Positions 10,418-18,807 of a stretch of 64,000 bases of DNA are shown in pieces. The number at the start of each line of letters is the position of its first letter. Position 1 is the first letter of the stretch. The notes beneath the pieces were generated by a model that saw only the letters and a list, made by a program, of their open reading frames with translations, was not told the DNA's origin and made no database searches. The stretch spans positions 512,001 through 576,000 of the forward strand of contig JAWBYA010000001.1 of NCBI GenBank assembly GCA_038867615.1. The letters run 5' to 3'. The translations under genes were made by a program, and so were the position numbers. This DNA comes from Sulfolobales archaeon (GTDB lineage: Archaea > Thermoproteota > Thermoprotei_A > Sulfolobales > AG1).

Positions 10418-11482
10418 ATGGATGGTGTTGTGCTTGTAGCCGGCGAGGGTACAAGGCTCAGACCCTTGACCTTCACAGTCCCCAAACCGCTGATCCCTAT
10501 TATGGGGAGGCCCCTCATATCCTACGGCCTTAGGGGTCTCGTATCAGGGGGTGTTGATAACATCGTCTTTGTTATAGGACATCTTGGGGGCTATTTTATC
10601 GATTATTTTGGCGATGGTTCCAGCATTGGTGTTAGGGTCTCGTATGTTACTCAAGAAAGGAGGCTTGGGATAGCCCACGCTATATATAGGGCTATCGAGT
10701 CAGGGGCCGTGAAGGAGAGCTTTGTTGTATATCTTGGCGATAATTATTTTGGCAACGATATAGGGTTTATAATAAGATCCTTTGCTGGGAGTGATCACGA
10801 TGTCTATATAGTGCTTACAAAGACAAAGGATCCCTCTAAATTTGGCTACGTACTCCTAAGGGATGGGAAGGTTTATAAGCTGATCGAGAAGCCCAGAGAT
10901 CCCCCGCCAGGCGGCTATACACTCTCCGGGCTATATATGTTCAGAGACCCGGATCTTGTTGCAAGAGCCTTCAAAGATCTTAAGCCTAGCTGGAGAGGTG
11001 AGTACGAGATCACAGACCTGATCCAGTGGTTCATAGATAGAGACTATAGCGTGGGCTATAGCATTGTGACAGGCTGGTGGAAAGATGCTGGGAGCCCCAG
11101 CGATCTCCTAGAACTCCTCTACCTAATGCTAGATAAGGTTGATGAGAGAATCGAGGGGGAGGTTAGGGGTGAAGTGATTGGAAGGGCCGTCATTGAGAAG
11201 GGAGCCGTTATCGAGGGGAGGATTGTGGGGCCTGCATATATAGGTAGAGGGGCATATATCTCGAGGGATGCGATCATAGAGCACTATGTTGATGTGGAGA
11301 GTGGAAGCAGGATCCTTGGTGGAAGCCTCACCAGATCCCTAGTACTCGAGGAGGTTGAGATAAATGCTAGCAGGGCTAGGATAGTTGACTCGATAATCGG
11401 TAGAAGCTCGAAAGTCATGCTGGGGAACGGCTCATACTCTATTATTACTGGTGATTATAGTAGGATAATCCAGGGTGCATAG
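10418..11482 (+). CDS. rmlA: Glucose-1-phosphate thymidylyltransferase (long form)
   Basis: AGEGTRLRPLT, PKPLIP, YLGDN, EKP, LKPSWRGEYEITD, C-terminal hexapeptide region. Confidence 0.9.
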   Translation: MDGVVLVAGEGTRLRPLTFTVPKPLIPIMGRPLISYGLRGLVSGGVDNIVFVIGHLGGYFIDYFGDGSSIGVRVSYVTQERRLGIAHAIYRAIESGAVKESFVVYLGDNYFGNDIGFIIRSFAGSDHDVYIVLTKTKDPSKFGYVLLRDGKVYKLIEKPRDPPPGGYTLSGLYMFRDPDLVARAFKDLKPSWRGEYEITDLIQWFIDRDYSVGYSIVTGWWKDAGSPSDLLELLYLMLDKVDERIEGEVRGEVIGRAVIEKGAVIEGRIVGPAYIGRGAYISRDAIIEHYVDVESGSRILGGSLTRSLVLEEVEINASRARIVDSIIGRSSKVMLGNGSYSIITGDYSRIIQGA

Positions 11483-12491
11483 GTTGCGTATCCTCATAAC
11501 AGGAGGAGCGGGATATATAGGGTCGGTGCTCACCAGGCTTCTCCTCAGCAAGGGTTATAGGGTGACGGTAACGGATCTCCTCCTCTTCGGGGATATGGGG
11601 ATCAAGGAGCTTATTGGTGAGGAGAGATTCAAACTGCTTAAGATCGATGTTAGGAGTATAGATATGGATGCTATTAGGGGGCATGATGTTGTTATAGATC
11701 TAGCCGCTATATCGCAGCCAGACCCTTCTGGAAAAATAGATCAGGGTCTATTCTATGAGATGAACGCATTATCTCCTGTAAGGGTTGCTAGTCTATCCAT
11801 GAAGAGCGGTGTGGAGAGATACGTGTTCGCCTCAACATGCAGTGTCTACGGCTTCCAGGATAGGGTTGTTAACGAGGATTCGGAGCCAAACCCCATAGAG
11901 AGCTATGCTAAGATGAAACACGCTGCTGAGAAGAGGATCAGGGAGATTGCTGGAAAGAGATCCGTGATCCTCAGGATAGCCACTGTATATGGCTATTCAC
12001 CCAAGATGAGGTTCGATCTAGTTGTAAACGCAATGACATTATCGCTGTATAAGCATAAGAAGATAATGGTTGGGAGACCAGGAACCCAGATGAGGCCAGT
12101 GGTTCACGTAGGCGATGTGGCTGAGGCTATGCATCGGGTCATCGAGGCTCCGGGCGATATAGTGGGCGGCGAGATCCTTAATGTAGGATCCAACGAACAG
12201 AACTACAGGATAGCAGATCTAGCTGGGGAAGTGTGCAAAGCTGTTACGAGCGAATGCAGGATCGAGTATTATGGTGATCCAGATACTAGATCCTATGTGG
12301 TTGATTTTACAAAGATCTCGAGGCTCGTGGGGTTCAGGGCTAGATATAGTGTTGCCGATGGTGCTAGAGAGGTTTATAGAGCTCTTAAGAACGGTCTCAT
12401 CTCGGATGAGCCTTGGACGAGGGTTATAGATTGGTGGAGCTATCTCCACTCCCAAGGTGTTGTTAGGGTCATGGGGGTTGGTGATCTTTGA
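11475..12491 (+). CDS. NAD-dependent sugar epimerase/dehydratase (extended SDR)
   Basis: TGGAGYIGS, ASTCSVYG, YAKMK, RFDLVVN. Confidence 0.85.
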   Translation: MHRLRILITGGAGYIGSVLTRLLLSKGYRVTVTDLLLFGDMGIKELIGEERFKLLKIDVRSIDMDAIRGHDVVIDLAAISQPDPSGKIDQGLFYEMNALSPVRVASLSMKSGVERYVFASTCSVYGFQDRVVNEDSEPNPIESYAKMKHAAEKRIREIAGKRSVILRIATVYGYSPKMRFDLVVNAMTLSLYKHKKIMVGRPGTQMRPVVHVGDVAEAMHRVIEAPGDIVGGEILNVGSNEQNYRIADLAGEVCKAVTSECRIEYYGDPDTRSYVVDFTKISRLVGFRARYSVADGAREVYRALKNGLISDEPWTRVIDWWSYLHSQGVVRVMGVGDL

Positions 12492-13384
12492 GGATCCTGG
12501 TGACAGGCGGTTCAAGCACTCCTGGCTATAAGCTTGTTCTAAAGCTTGCTGAGAGGGGTTATGATGTCTATGCCCAGTACTACTCCCACGAGATCCCTGA
12601 GATCCCTGGTGTTAGGAGAGTGATGCTTGATCTCAGGGATAGCGATAGGATCATCAACGTTCTCGGGGATATCAAGCCCAGCATCATTATACATACAGCA
12701 GCTGTTGGAGATGTGGATCTCTGCGAATCTAATAGGGATCTTGCTTGGAGGGTTAATGTGGAGGCTACTAAAGCTATCTCTAGGTTTGCGTCTAGAAATA
12801 GATCTTTTTTGGTTTATCTATCAACAGACTATGTTTTTGATGGTGAGAGGGGTATGTATAGAGAGGAGGATACCCCCAATCCGGTGAACTACTATGGGTT
12901 GACAAAGCTTGTTGCCGAAAATATTGTTGCCTCCTCAACAGAGGATCACGCTATTGTTAGGGCTAGCCATATATATGGTTTTGGCATGGGTAGGGTTAAT
13001 TTTGCGAGACATGTGGTAGAATCGCTGAGTAAGGGTCAGCCTGTAAGGGCTCTCGTGGATCAGTGGCTCTCGCCAACCCTCAACACGCTTCTAGCCGAGG
13101 CGATGGTGGAGATTGTTGAGAAGGGTTTGAGGGGTCTCTTCCACGTTGCTGGTGAGAGGGTGAGTAGATATGACTTTGCCAGGGCTATTGCTAGGAGGTT
13201 TGGTTTTAAGGAAGATCTTATCGAGCCAATAGCATCGAGGGATATTGTCTTTAAGGCTAGAAGGCCTAGGGACTCGAGCCTTAATACAGAGAAGGCTAAG
13301 CAGCTGCTCAAAACACCTTTCCATGGCCTTGATCACTCGCTAGAGATCCTCTATAGAGAGTGGCTCTCAGCGAGGGGTGTCTAG
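12488..13384 (+). CDS. rmlD: dTDP-4-dehydrorhamnose reductase
   Basis: VDLCE, YLSTDYVFDG, PNPVNYYGLTK, DQWLSPT, ARRPRDSSL. Confidence 0.9.
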   Translation: MRILVTGGSSTPGYKLVLKLAERGYDVYAQYYSHEIPEIPGVRRVMLDLRDSDRIINVLGDIKPSIIIHTAAVGDVDLCESNRDLAWRVNVEATKAISRFASRNRSFLVYLSTDYVFDGERGMYREEDTPNPVNYYGLTKLVAENIVASSTEDHAIVRASHIYGFGMGRVNFARHVVESLSKGQPVRALVDQWLSPTLNTLLAEAMVEIVEKGLRGLFHVAGERVSRYDFARAIARRFGFKEDLIEPIASRDIVFKARRPRDSSLNTEKAKQLLKTPFHGLDHSLEILYREWLSARGV

Positions 13385-13942
13385 ATGCCGTTCAAAAGCT
13401 TTAGAAGGCTTAAGATCCCCGATGTAATATTGATCGAGGCTGAGAGGTTCAGCGACGCCAGAGGCTTCTTCTCAGAGCTCTATAAGAGGACGGACTACCA
13501 AGCCCACGGGGTTTTCCACGACTTTGTCCAGGCTAACCTCAGCTACTCGAGGAGAGGCGTTGTGAGAGGACTTCACTACCAATTAAAACCAATGGAGCAG
13601 GGTAAGCTGGTTACAGTAGTCTCGGGGAAAGTGCTCGATATAGCCTTAGATGTTAGGAAGGGCTCCCCATGGTATGGATCATACGTGGCTGTAGAGCTAT
13701 CACCAGGGCTCCTCCTATGGATCCCCCCGGGATTTGCACACGGCTTCCAAGCCCTCGAGGATACCTACTTCCTGTATTTAGTAACTAAGGAGTATAGCCA
13801 GCAGCATGAGAGATGCGTTAGGTGGAATGACGAGGAGCTCGGGATAGAATGGCCTATTAAGGAGAACGTTATAGTAAGCGATAAGGATAAGAAATGCCCA
13901 CCATTAAAAGAAGCTGAAGCGAACTTTGAATACCCTATATAG
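13385..13942 (+). CDS. rmlC: dTDP-4-dehydrorhamnose 3,5-epimerase
   Basis: DARGFFSE, VQANLSYS, RGLHYQ, QGKLV, GFAHGF. Confidence 0.93.
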   Translation: MPFKSFRRLKIPDVILIEAERFSDARGFFSELYKRTDYQAHGVFHDFVQANLSYSRRGVVRGLHYQLKPMEQGKLVTVVSGKVLDIALDVRKGSPWYGSYVAVELSPGLLLWIPPGFAHGFQALEDTYFLYLVTKEYSQQHERCVRWNDEELGIEWPIKENVIVSDKDKKCPPLKEAEANFEYPI

Positions 13943-14053
13943 AGCCTTGGTTGCTAGAGAAACGGATAAGCAAAGCTGGCCAGGTAGCTGGGATGCTTAG
14001 CTATTATTTATCAAACCTATTAATTGTCTTGCTTAAACTATGTGAATTAGCTA

Positions 14054-14308
14054 GTGAAAGGTGCTTCCTTCGAGGTTAATGTTGGTAGGAGGAGAAGAAT
14101 CTTTATCCCTAGGGCTGCTGCTGAGGCTGTTGGTATTAGTGAGGGTATGAGGGTTAGGATAATCGTTGATGACGGAAGGCTGATCATAGAGCCTCTAAGG
14201 GACGCTATATGGTATGCCCTCCACGATCCCAAGATAGGCTATGTAGGCTTTGAGGAGCTTGAGGAGGAGAGTATGCGTGTGCAGGAGAGGATTAAGAATC
14301 CTGGTTGA
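14054..14308 (+). CDS. AbrB/MazE-family antitoxin
   Basis: VGRRRRIFIPRAAAEAVGISEGMRV...LIIEPL. Confidence 0.8.
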   Translation: MKGASFEVNVGRRRRIFIPRAAAEAVGISEGMRVRIIVDDGRLIIEPLRDAIWYALHDPKIGYVGFEELEEESMRVQERIKNPG

Positions 14309-14477
14309 CACCTCCTTTATAACACCGGTACTTGGTTTTAAAACTGATTATGCTATAAACCATTTCCTTGTTTTCATGGATCTCAGGGCTTTCCGAGGTT
14401 TTGGCTATCAGCTTAAGGATTTTGTTTTGCTGTGTCTTAAACTCGGAATCCTTTTATTGGTCGTTGAACAACCCTAA
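14277..14477 (+). pseudogene. Truncated PIN-domain (VapC) toxin remnant
   Basis: LRILVDTSFITPVLG PIN N-terminal motif overlapping the AbrB gene end; similarity is lost after about 25 codons. Confidence 0.6.
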
Positions 14478-14483
14478 CTTCGA

Positions 14484-14790
14484 TTCAGTATGTTCCTTGT
14501 TGTTAAAAGCTATATTAACTGTGGGCAAGGATTAGCTTCTGAAGCAAGAATAAAGCGTGATAGGAGGGAGAATTGATTAATCGTCTATTTCATCTTTAGG
14601 AAGAAGGATGTTAAACAATACAAGCATAGCGGTTATATAGCTGTAAATATTGATGAGAACAACGTGGCAATACTCATCAATAGGGAGATACCTACTCGCA
14701 ACAGACATGGAGAAATAACATTTATTACTATAGAAAGAAATAAAAAAGATTCAAAAGAAAAACGATATAAGATCTGTGGTGTGTGGTGTT
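14484..14790 (+). mobile_element. Degraded IS200/IS605-family TnpB (OrfB) fragment
   Basis: Broken frames read LASEARIK..EEN*LIVYFIFRKK..KQYKHSGYIAVNIDENNVAILI / YLLATDMEK / YYYRK..KIQKK, matching the WED to RuvC-I region of crenarchaeal TnpB. Confidence 0.65.
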
Positions 14791-14850
14791 AGATGATGTA
14801 ATAGAGAAAGATTGTAAAAAGCTTAAATACCCTTATGGAAAGTAGAATAG

Positions 14851-15282
14851 GTGTTTTTGATGTATATCCCTCCAGATCCCGATCAATATGTAGGTGAGGA
14901 CTTGAAGAGCAGTATCCGCAGGGTTCTCTTAAAACTCCTAGCACCCAGGATTATAACTAGCGAGGTTGTCACCAAATATGTTAGGAAGGCTCTCAGACTC
15001 GGGGTCTGGAGGGAGCTCGCACTCGAGGCTAGGGCACTCCTCACAATCTGTAGGAGGCTACCCAAACCCGTAAGATCCCACACCCTCGCCCACGTGTTAT
15101 CAAAGATATTCTTGGAGATAGAGCTCGCAGGCCTCAAGGGCAAAGCCCTATTCTACGGATCGATAGAGTTCCTCAAGAAGGGCATGGGATCCCTCAAAGA
15201 CATACCATCAAACGCCGAGAAGATCCTATGCCTAGGCATCATGTACCTAAACAACCCACCACTAATGCGATTCTATAGCTAG
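14851..15282 (+). CDS. Hypothetical basic protein
   Basis: 143-aa ORF with host-like codon usage, preceded by an AT-rich TATA-like box; no recognised motif. Confidence 0.65.
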   Translation: MFLMYIPPDPDQYVGEDLKSSIRRVLLKLLAPRIITSEVVTKYVRKALRLGVWRELALEARALLTICRRLPKPVRSHTLAHVLSKIFLEIELAGLKGKALFYGSIEFLKKGMGSLKDIPSNAEKILCLGIMYLNNPPLMRFYS

Positions 15283-15374
15283 CAATAGTTCTGTGGGAAC
15301 TGTTAGAGACCTATTGATAGGGATCTCACAAGATCCTATAGCCTTGAGAAACCCTTAGTCGGGTTGATAAACAC

Positions 15375-16430
15375 ATGAAAATAGCTCTTATAGCACCTGC
15401 TAGTCTTGGTAGTGCTGCTATCGTTCTCCGTAACCTGGTCAGAGGCCTCGTTAGCGAAGGGATCCACGTCGATTTAATTAGACTTCGTAAAAGAAAATTT
15501 CATCTACTCTCGATTGTTCGCGATGATATTTTGAGTGCTAGGCATCGTAGGGATTACGATCTAGCTTTATACATTGGAGGCATACCATGGCCGAGTCACG
15601 TGTTGGCTAAGCTATCGGGGGTTCCTGTAGCCTTATTCTTACATAGTTATGTTTACCATGATCTGCTTAACGTAATGCTGTACAGACCAGGGCTTAGAAA
15701 TAAGATAGGTGGTGCTGTAATCCCTATAATGATGCTTCGTACAGCTACTTCCCTCAATACGGTAGATTTATATGTTTGTCACAGTCTAGCAGCGTGTGAA
15801 GCTAATAAGATTTCAAACCGCTTTGTTGTATTGCCCCAGTGGATATTTCCGGAAGAACTAGAACTATTAAAGCAACAAGTAAAACAGCAGGTGCTAAAAA
15901 ATAATATAGTTCGCATAGTTACTTACACATCAAATTCCCCTAGACTTCTTAACGCAAATCACCTGGTCGCCTTAGCACGGCTCATAGAACGCAAGGTTGA
16001 TCGGAGGTTCGAGCTAATTATAGTTGATTCATCAAAAGAGTATAATATCTCTTTAGGTTCTGTCAGGATTATGAGGACTATACCTCATAAGGATTTTCTA
16101 TCACTCTTAGCATCAGCAGATCTTTATATAGAGCGATGCATAGATGAAGAGCTGGGAATAACGTCTTTTGAAGCTATAGCTATGGGGGTGCCGATTGTTA
16201 AGCTAACACACCCGAGGTATTGGGATAGACAGGACTATAAAGAAGACTTAATACTAGTCCGATCATTTAGAGAGCTAGCAGATAAGATCGCAGAGTATAT
16301 TAACAATATAGACCATTACTACCACTATTATTCAAAACGCTGTAGAGAATTTGTTCTAACAAAAAGAACATGGGATGCAGTAAAAGAACCATTCCTATCA
16401 GCATTAAAACACATAAGCCGTCAAAAATAG
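15375..16430 (+). CDS. Glycosyltransferase family 4, AT-rich (probably acquired)
   Basis: MKIALIAP, EELGITSFEAIAMGVPIV; visibly more AT-rich than flanking core genes. Confidence 0.8.
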   Translation: MKIALIAPASLGSAAIVLRNLVRGLVSEGIHVDLIRLRKRKFHLLSIVRDDILSARHRRDYDLALYIGGIPWPSHVLAKLSGVPVALFLHSYVYHDLLNVMLYRPGLRNKIGGAVIPIMMLRTATSLNTVDLYVCHSLAACEANKISNRFVVLPQWIFPEELELLKQQVKQQVLKNNIVRIVTYTSNSPRLLNANHLVALARLIERKVDRRFELIIVDSSKEYNISLGSVRIMRTIPHKDFLSLLASADLYIERCIDEELGITSFEAIAMGVPIVKLTHPRYWDRQDYKEDLILVRSFRELADKIAEYINNIDHYYHYYSKRCREFVLTKRTWDAVKEPFLSALKHISRQK

Positions 16431-16474
16431 TGCAAAGAGGGCGTAGACAGTACGAGTCGGACTTCATGGCTGTT

Positions 16475-16640
16475 GATCTTTATTATACACAACACTCTTT
16501 CTTCGACTTAATAATCCTCAGGGTTCCTTTCATCGGGATCCTTATCCTCGGCCTCCACCCGTTCAGGGTGACCCCAGCCCACAGCTCCCCTTCATAGCTT
16601 TGCTCGGGCTCATTGCTGTGGGGAAACCCTTCATCCTGGT
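16475..16640 (-). mobile_element. IS200/IS605 right-end remnant (TnpB C-terminal tail/omega-RNA-like), copy A
   Basis: Shares the exact 32-mer GGTGGAGGCCGAGGATAAGGATCCCGATGAAA (16528-16559, minus) and flanking similarity with 56361-56515. Reads GFPHSNEPE..LWAGVTLNGWRP..IPMKGTLR, resembling archaeal TnpB tails. Confidence 0.6.
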
Positions 16641-16978
16641 TTTTATTTAACCCGCTCCTCGGGTCTCTATCTTTTACCCTTAGCAACTCTTTATCTTTGG
16701 TTTTAGAAAGCAGTATAACTTAATTTTTACACGTAGTACAGCGATATATAGTCATCACACTTTTCACAGATCGAGGAGTTATTATTGGTTTAGGAGGATT
16801 TGTATCTGTTATTGTTAGATGGATATTGGTTGTCTTGGTTACTCTATATTAGCTACCTACTATGGGTTTGAATCCCGGTTATAGTAATGATCCTTGGGTT
16901 TATGAGTGGAGTTGCTCTATGACTGTTGGTTTGTGTTTATAGGTCTTGATGGGGGATTTATCGTAGAGCTGTGGGGGT

Positions 16979-18046
16979 TTGCCGGCTGTAGAGCTTGTTA
17001 GTGTTACCAAGAGGTTTGGTAGAGCGATCGCTGTTGATAATGTTAGTTTTAGTGTTGAGAAAGGGGAGCTCTTCACGATTCTTGGTCCTTCTGGTTGTGG
17101 TAAGACTACTACTCTTAGGCTTATTGCTGGGCTCGAGATCCCTGATGGTGGTAGGATCTATATTGGTGGTAGGGATGTTACGTGGAGCAAGCCTTATGAG
17201 AGGAATACTGCTATGGTTTTTCAGAACTGGGCTTTGTGGCCTCATATGAGTGTTTTTGATAATATAGCTTATGGGCTGAGGGTTAGGAAGGTTCCTGGGG
17301 ATGAGGTTAGGAGGAGGGTTAAACGGATCCTCGAGATCGTTGGTCTTGAGGGGCTTGAGAACCGCTATCCCCACCAGCTCTCGGGGGGTCAGCAGCAGAG
17401 GGTTGCGTTGGCTAGGGCTCTTGTGGTTGAGCCGGAGGTTCTCTTGCTAGACGAGCCTCTGAGTAACCTGGATGCGAGGCTCAGGATCTCGATGAGGAGT
17501 GAGATCAGGTCTATGCAGAAGAAGCTAGGGATCACGGCTATATATGTTACACACGATCAGGAGGAGGCCATGTCGATCTCTGATAGAATAGGTGTTATGG
17601 ATAAGGGGAGGATGATCCAGATAGGAAGCCCGGAAGAGATCTATAGAAACCCGAGAAACCTCTTCGTAGCAACATTCATAGGAAAAAGCGCCACGATAGA
17701 GGGAAGGATCATAGAGATAAACAGCGACATAGTCGAGATAGAAACACCAGGAGGCAGAATAAAAGCCCGCTGGATGGATAGAGAAAAACCAGCAACAGGC
17801 GGTAGAGCAGTGATAGTGATAAGACCAGAAGAGACAAGCATATCGAGACAGCCAAAAGGATCATGCATAGAGGGAGTATTGAAAAACACATCATTCCTAG
17901 GAGACAGAACCCAGGTAACAATCGAAATAGGAGGCAGAGACATAATCACATACACAGACCCGCGAGAAACAGAAACACTGAGATCGAGAGAAGCAATAAA
18001 AATATACCTATGCCTAGAAGAACCACCAAAAGCGTTCCAAGCATAA
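16979..18046 (+). CDS. ABC transporter ATP-binding protein (PotA/MalK/FbpC-type, TOBE domain)
   Basis: GPSGCGKTT, LSGGQQQRVALARAL, LLDEPLSNLDA, YVTHDQEEA. Confidence 0.92.
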   Translation: MPAVELVSVTKRFGRAIAVDNVSFSVEKGELFTILGPSGCGKTTTLRLIAGLEIPDGGRIYIGGRDVTWSKPYERNTAMVFQNWALWPHMSVFDNIAYGLRVRKVPGDEVRRRVKRILEIVGLEGLENRYPHQLSGGQQQRVALARALVVEPEVLLLDEPLSNLDARLRISMRSEIRSMQKKLGITAIYVTHDQEEAMSISDRIGVMDKGRMIQIGSPEEIYRNPRNLFVATFIGKSATIEGRIIEINSDIVEIETPGGRIKARWMDREKPATGGRAVIVIRPEETSISRQPKGSCIEGVLKNTSFLGDRTQVTIEIGGRDIITYTDPRETETLRSREAIKIYLCLEEPPKAFQA

Positions 18047-18077
18047 AAACACCTAAACACAGATCATAACGGGCATA

Positions 18078-18592
18078 ATGAGCAGCCGAAACACCATCAC
18101 CATACCCGAGAGGATCGCTAAAAAAGCCAAAGAGCTAGGAGTAGATATAACCGACATAGTGATCGAAACCCTAGCAGAGAAGCTAGGAATAGATCCCGTA
18201 GAAGAGCTAGAAGCACGCGCAGAGCTAGCTAAAAATACCTAGAAGAAGGAATAAGACTCACAGACAGCGACCCTGTACAAGCATCAGAGAAACTCTACAA
18301 AGCCGCAGAAGAGGCTGTAAAAGCAGCGGCAAAGATCCTCAACCTACCAGTAATATCAAACGTTAAAGAGAGAGGCAGATGGACAGCAACAGATCTAGAG
18401 AAAGCTGTAGAGACACTGAGCAAGAAATACGGAGAGCAGATAATACTCTGGTGGGACGCTGCATGGACTCTTCATGTCTGGGGGTTCCACGAGGCTAAAC
18501 TAGATTCAGAAGCTGTGAGAACGAGGATCCCGTATATAGAGAAAATGATCCAGCTCCTTGATATGCTGAAAACACAATCCACACCCACGTGA
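18078..18592 (+). pseudogene. PaREP1-family (HEPN-like) protein with -1 frameshift
   Basis: MSSRNTITIPER...ELAK then, after the A5 run at 18231-18235, YLEEG..DPVQASEKLYKAAEEAVKA..WDAAWTLHVWGFHE. Span is 515 nt (one base short). Confidence 0.85.
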
Positions 18593-18807
18593 TCTCGATC
18601 CTGATAGCATTGTTCCACCCATATAGAAGACCTATATGATCGAGAGACACATATGCGGTATCTCAGCATCAGAGTATCCTGACTTCACAATGGACAGAAA
18701 TAGATCGAGATTTATAGTAGATTATATGCACTCCTAGTTACATGTTTACTTCTTGGGTTGATTCTCGGATAATAGCTGCATAGATCCTTAATGGGATAAA
18801 AAGATCA

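Noticed and set aside
16483-16686. 67-aa ORF as a real gene
   Set aside because: It coincides with the repeated IS-end remnant; the second copy does not preserve the frame.
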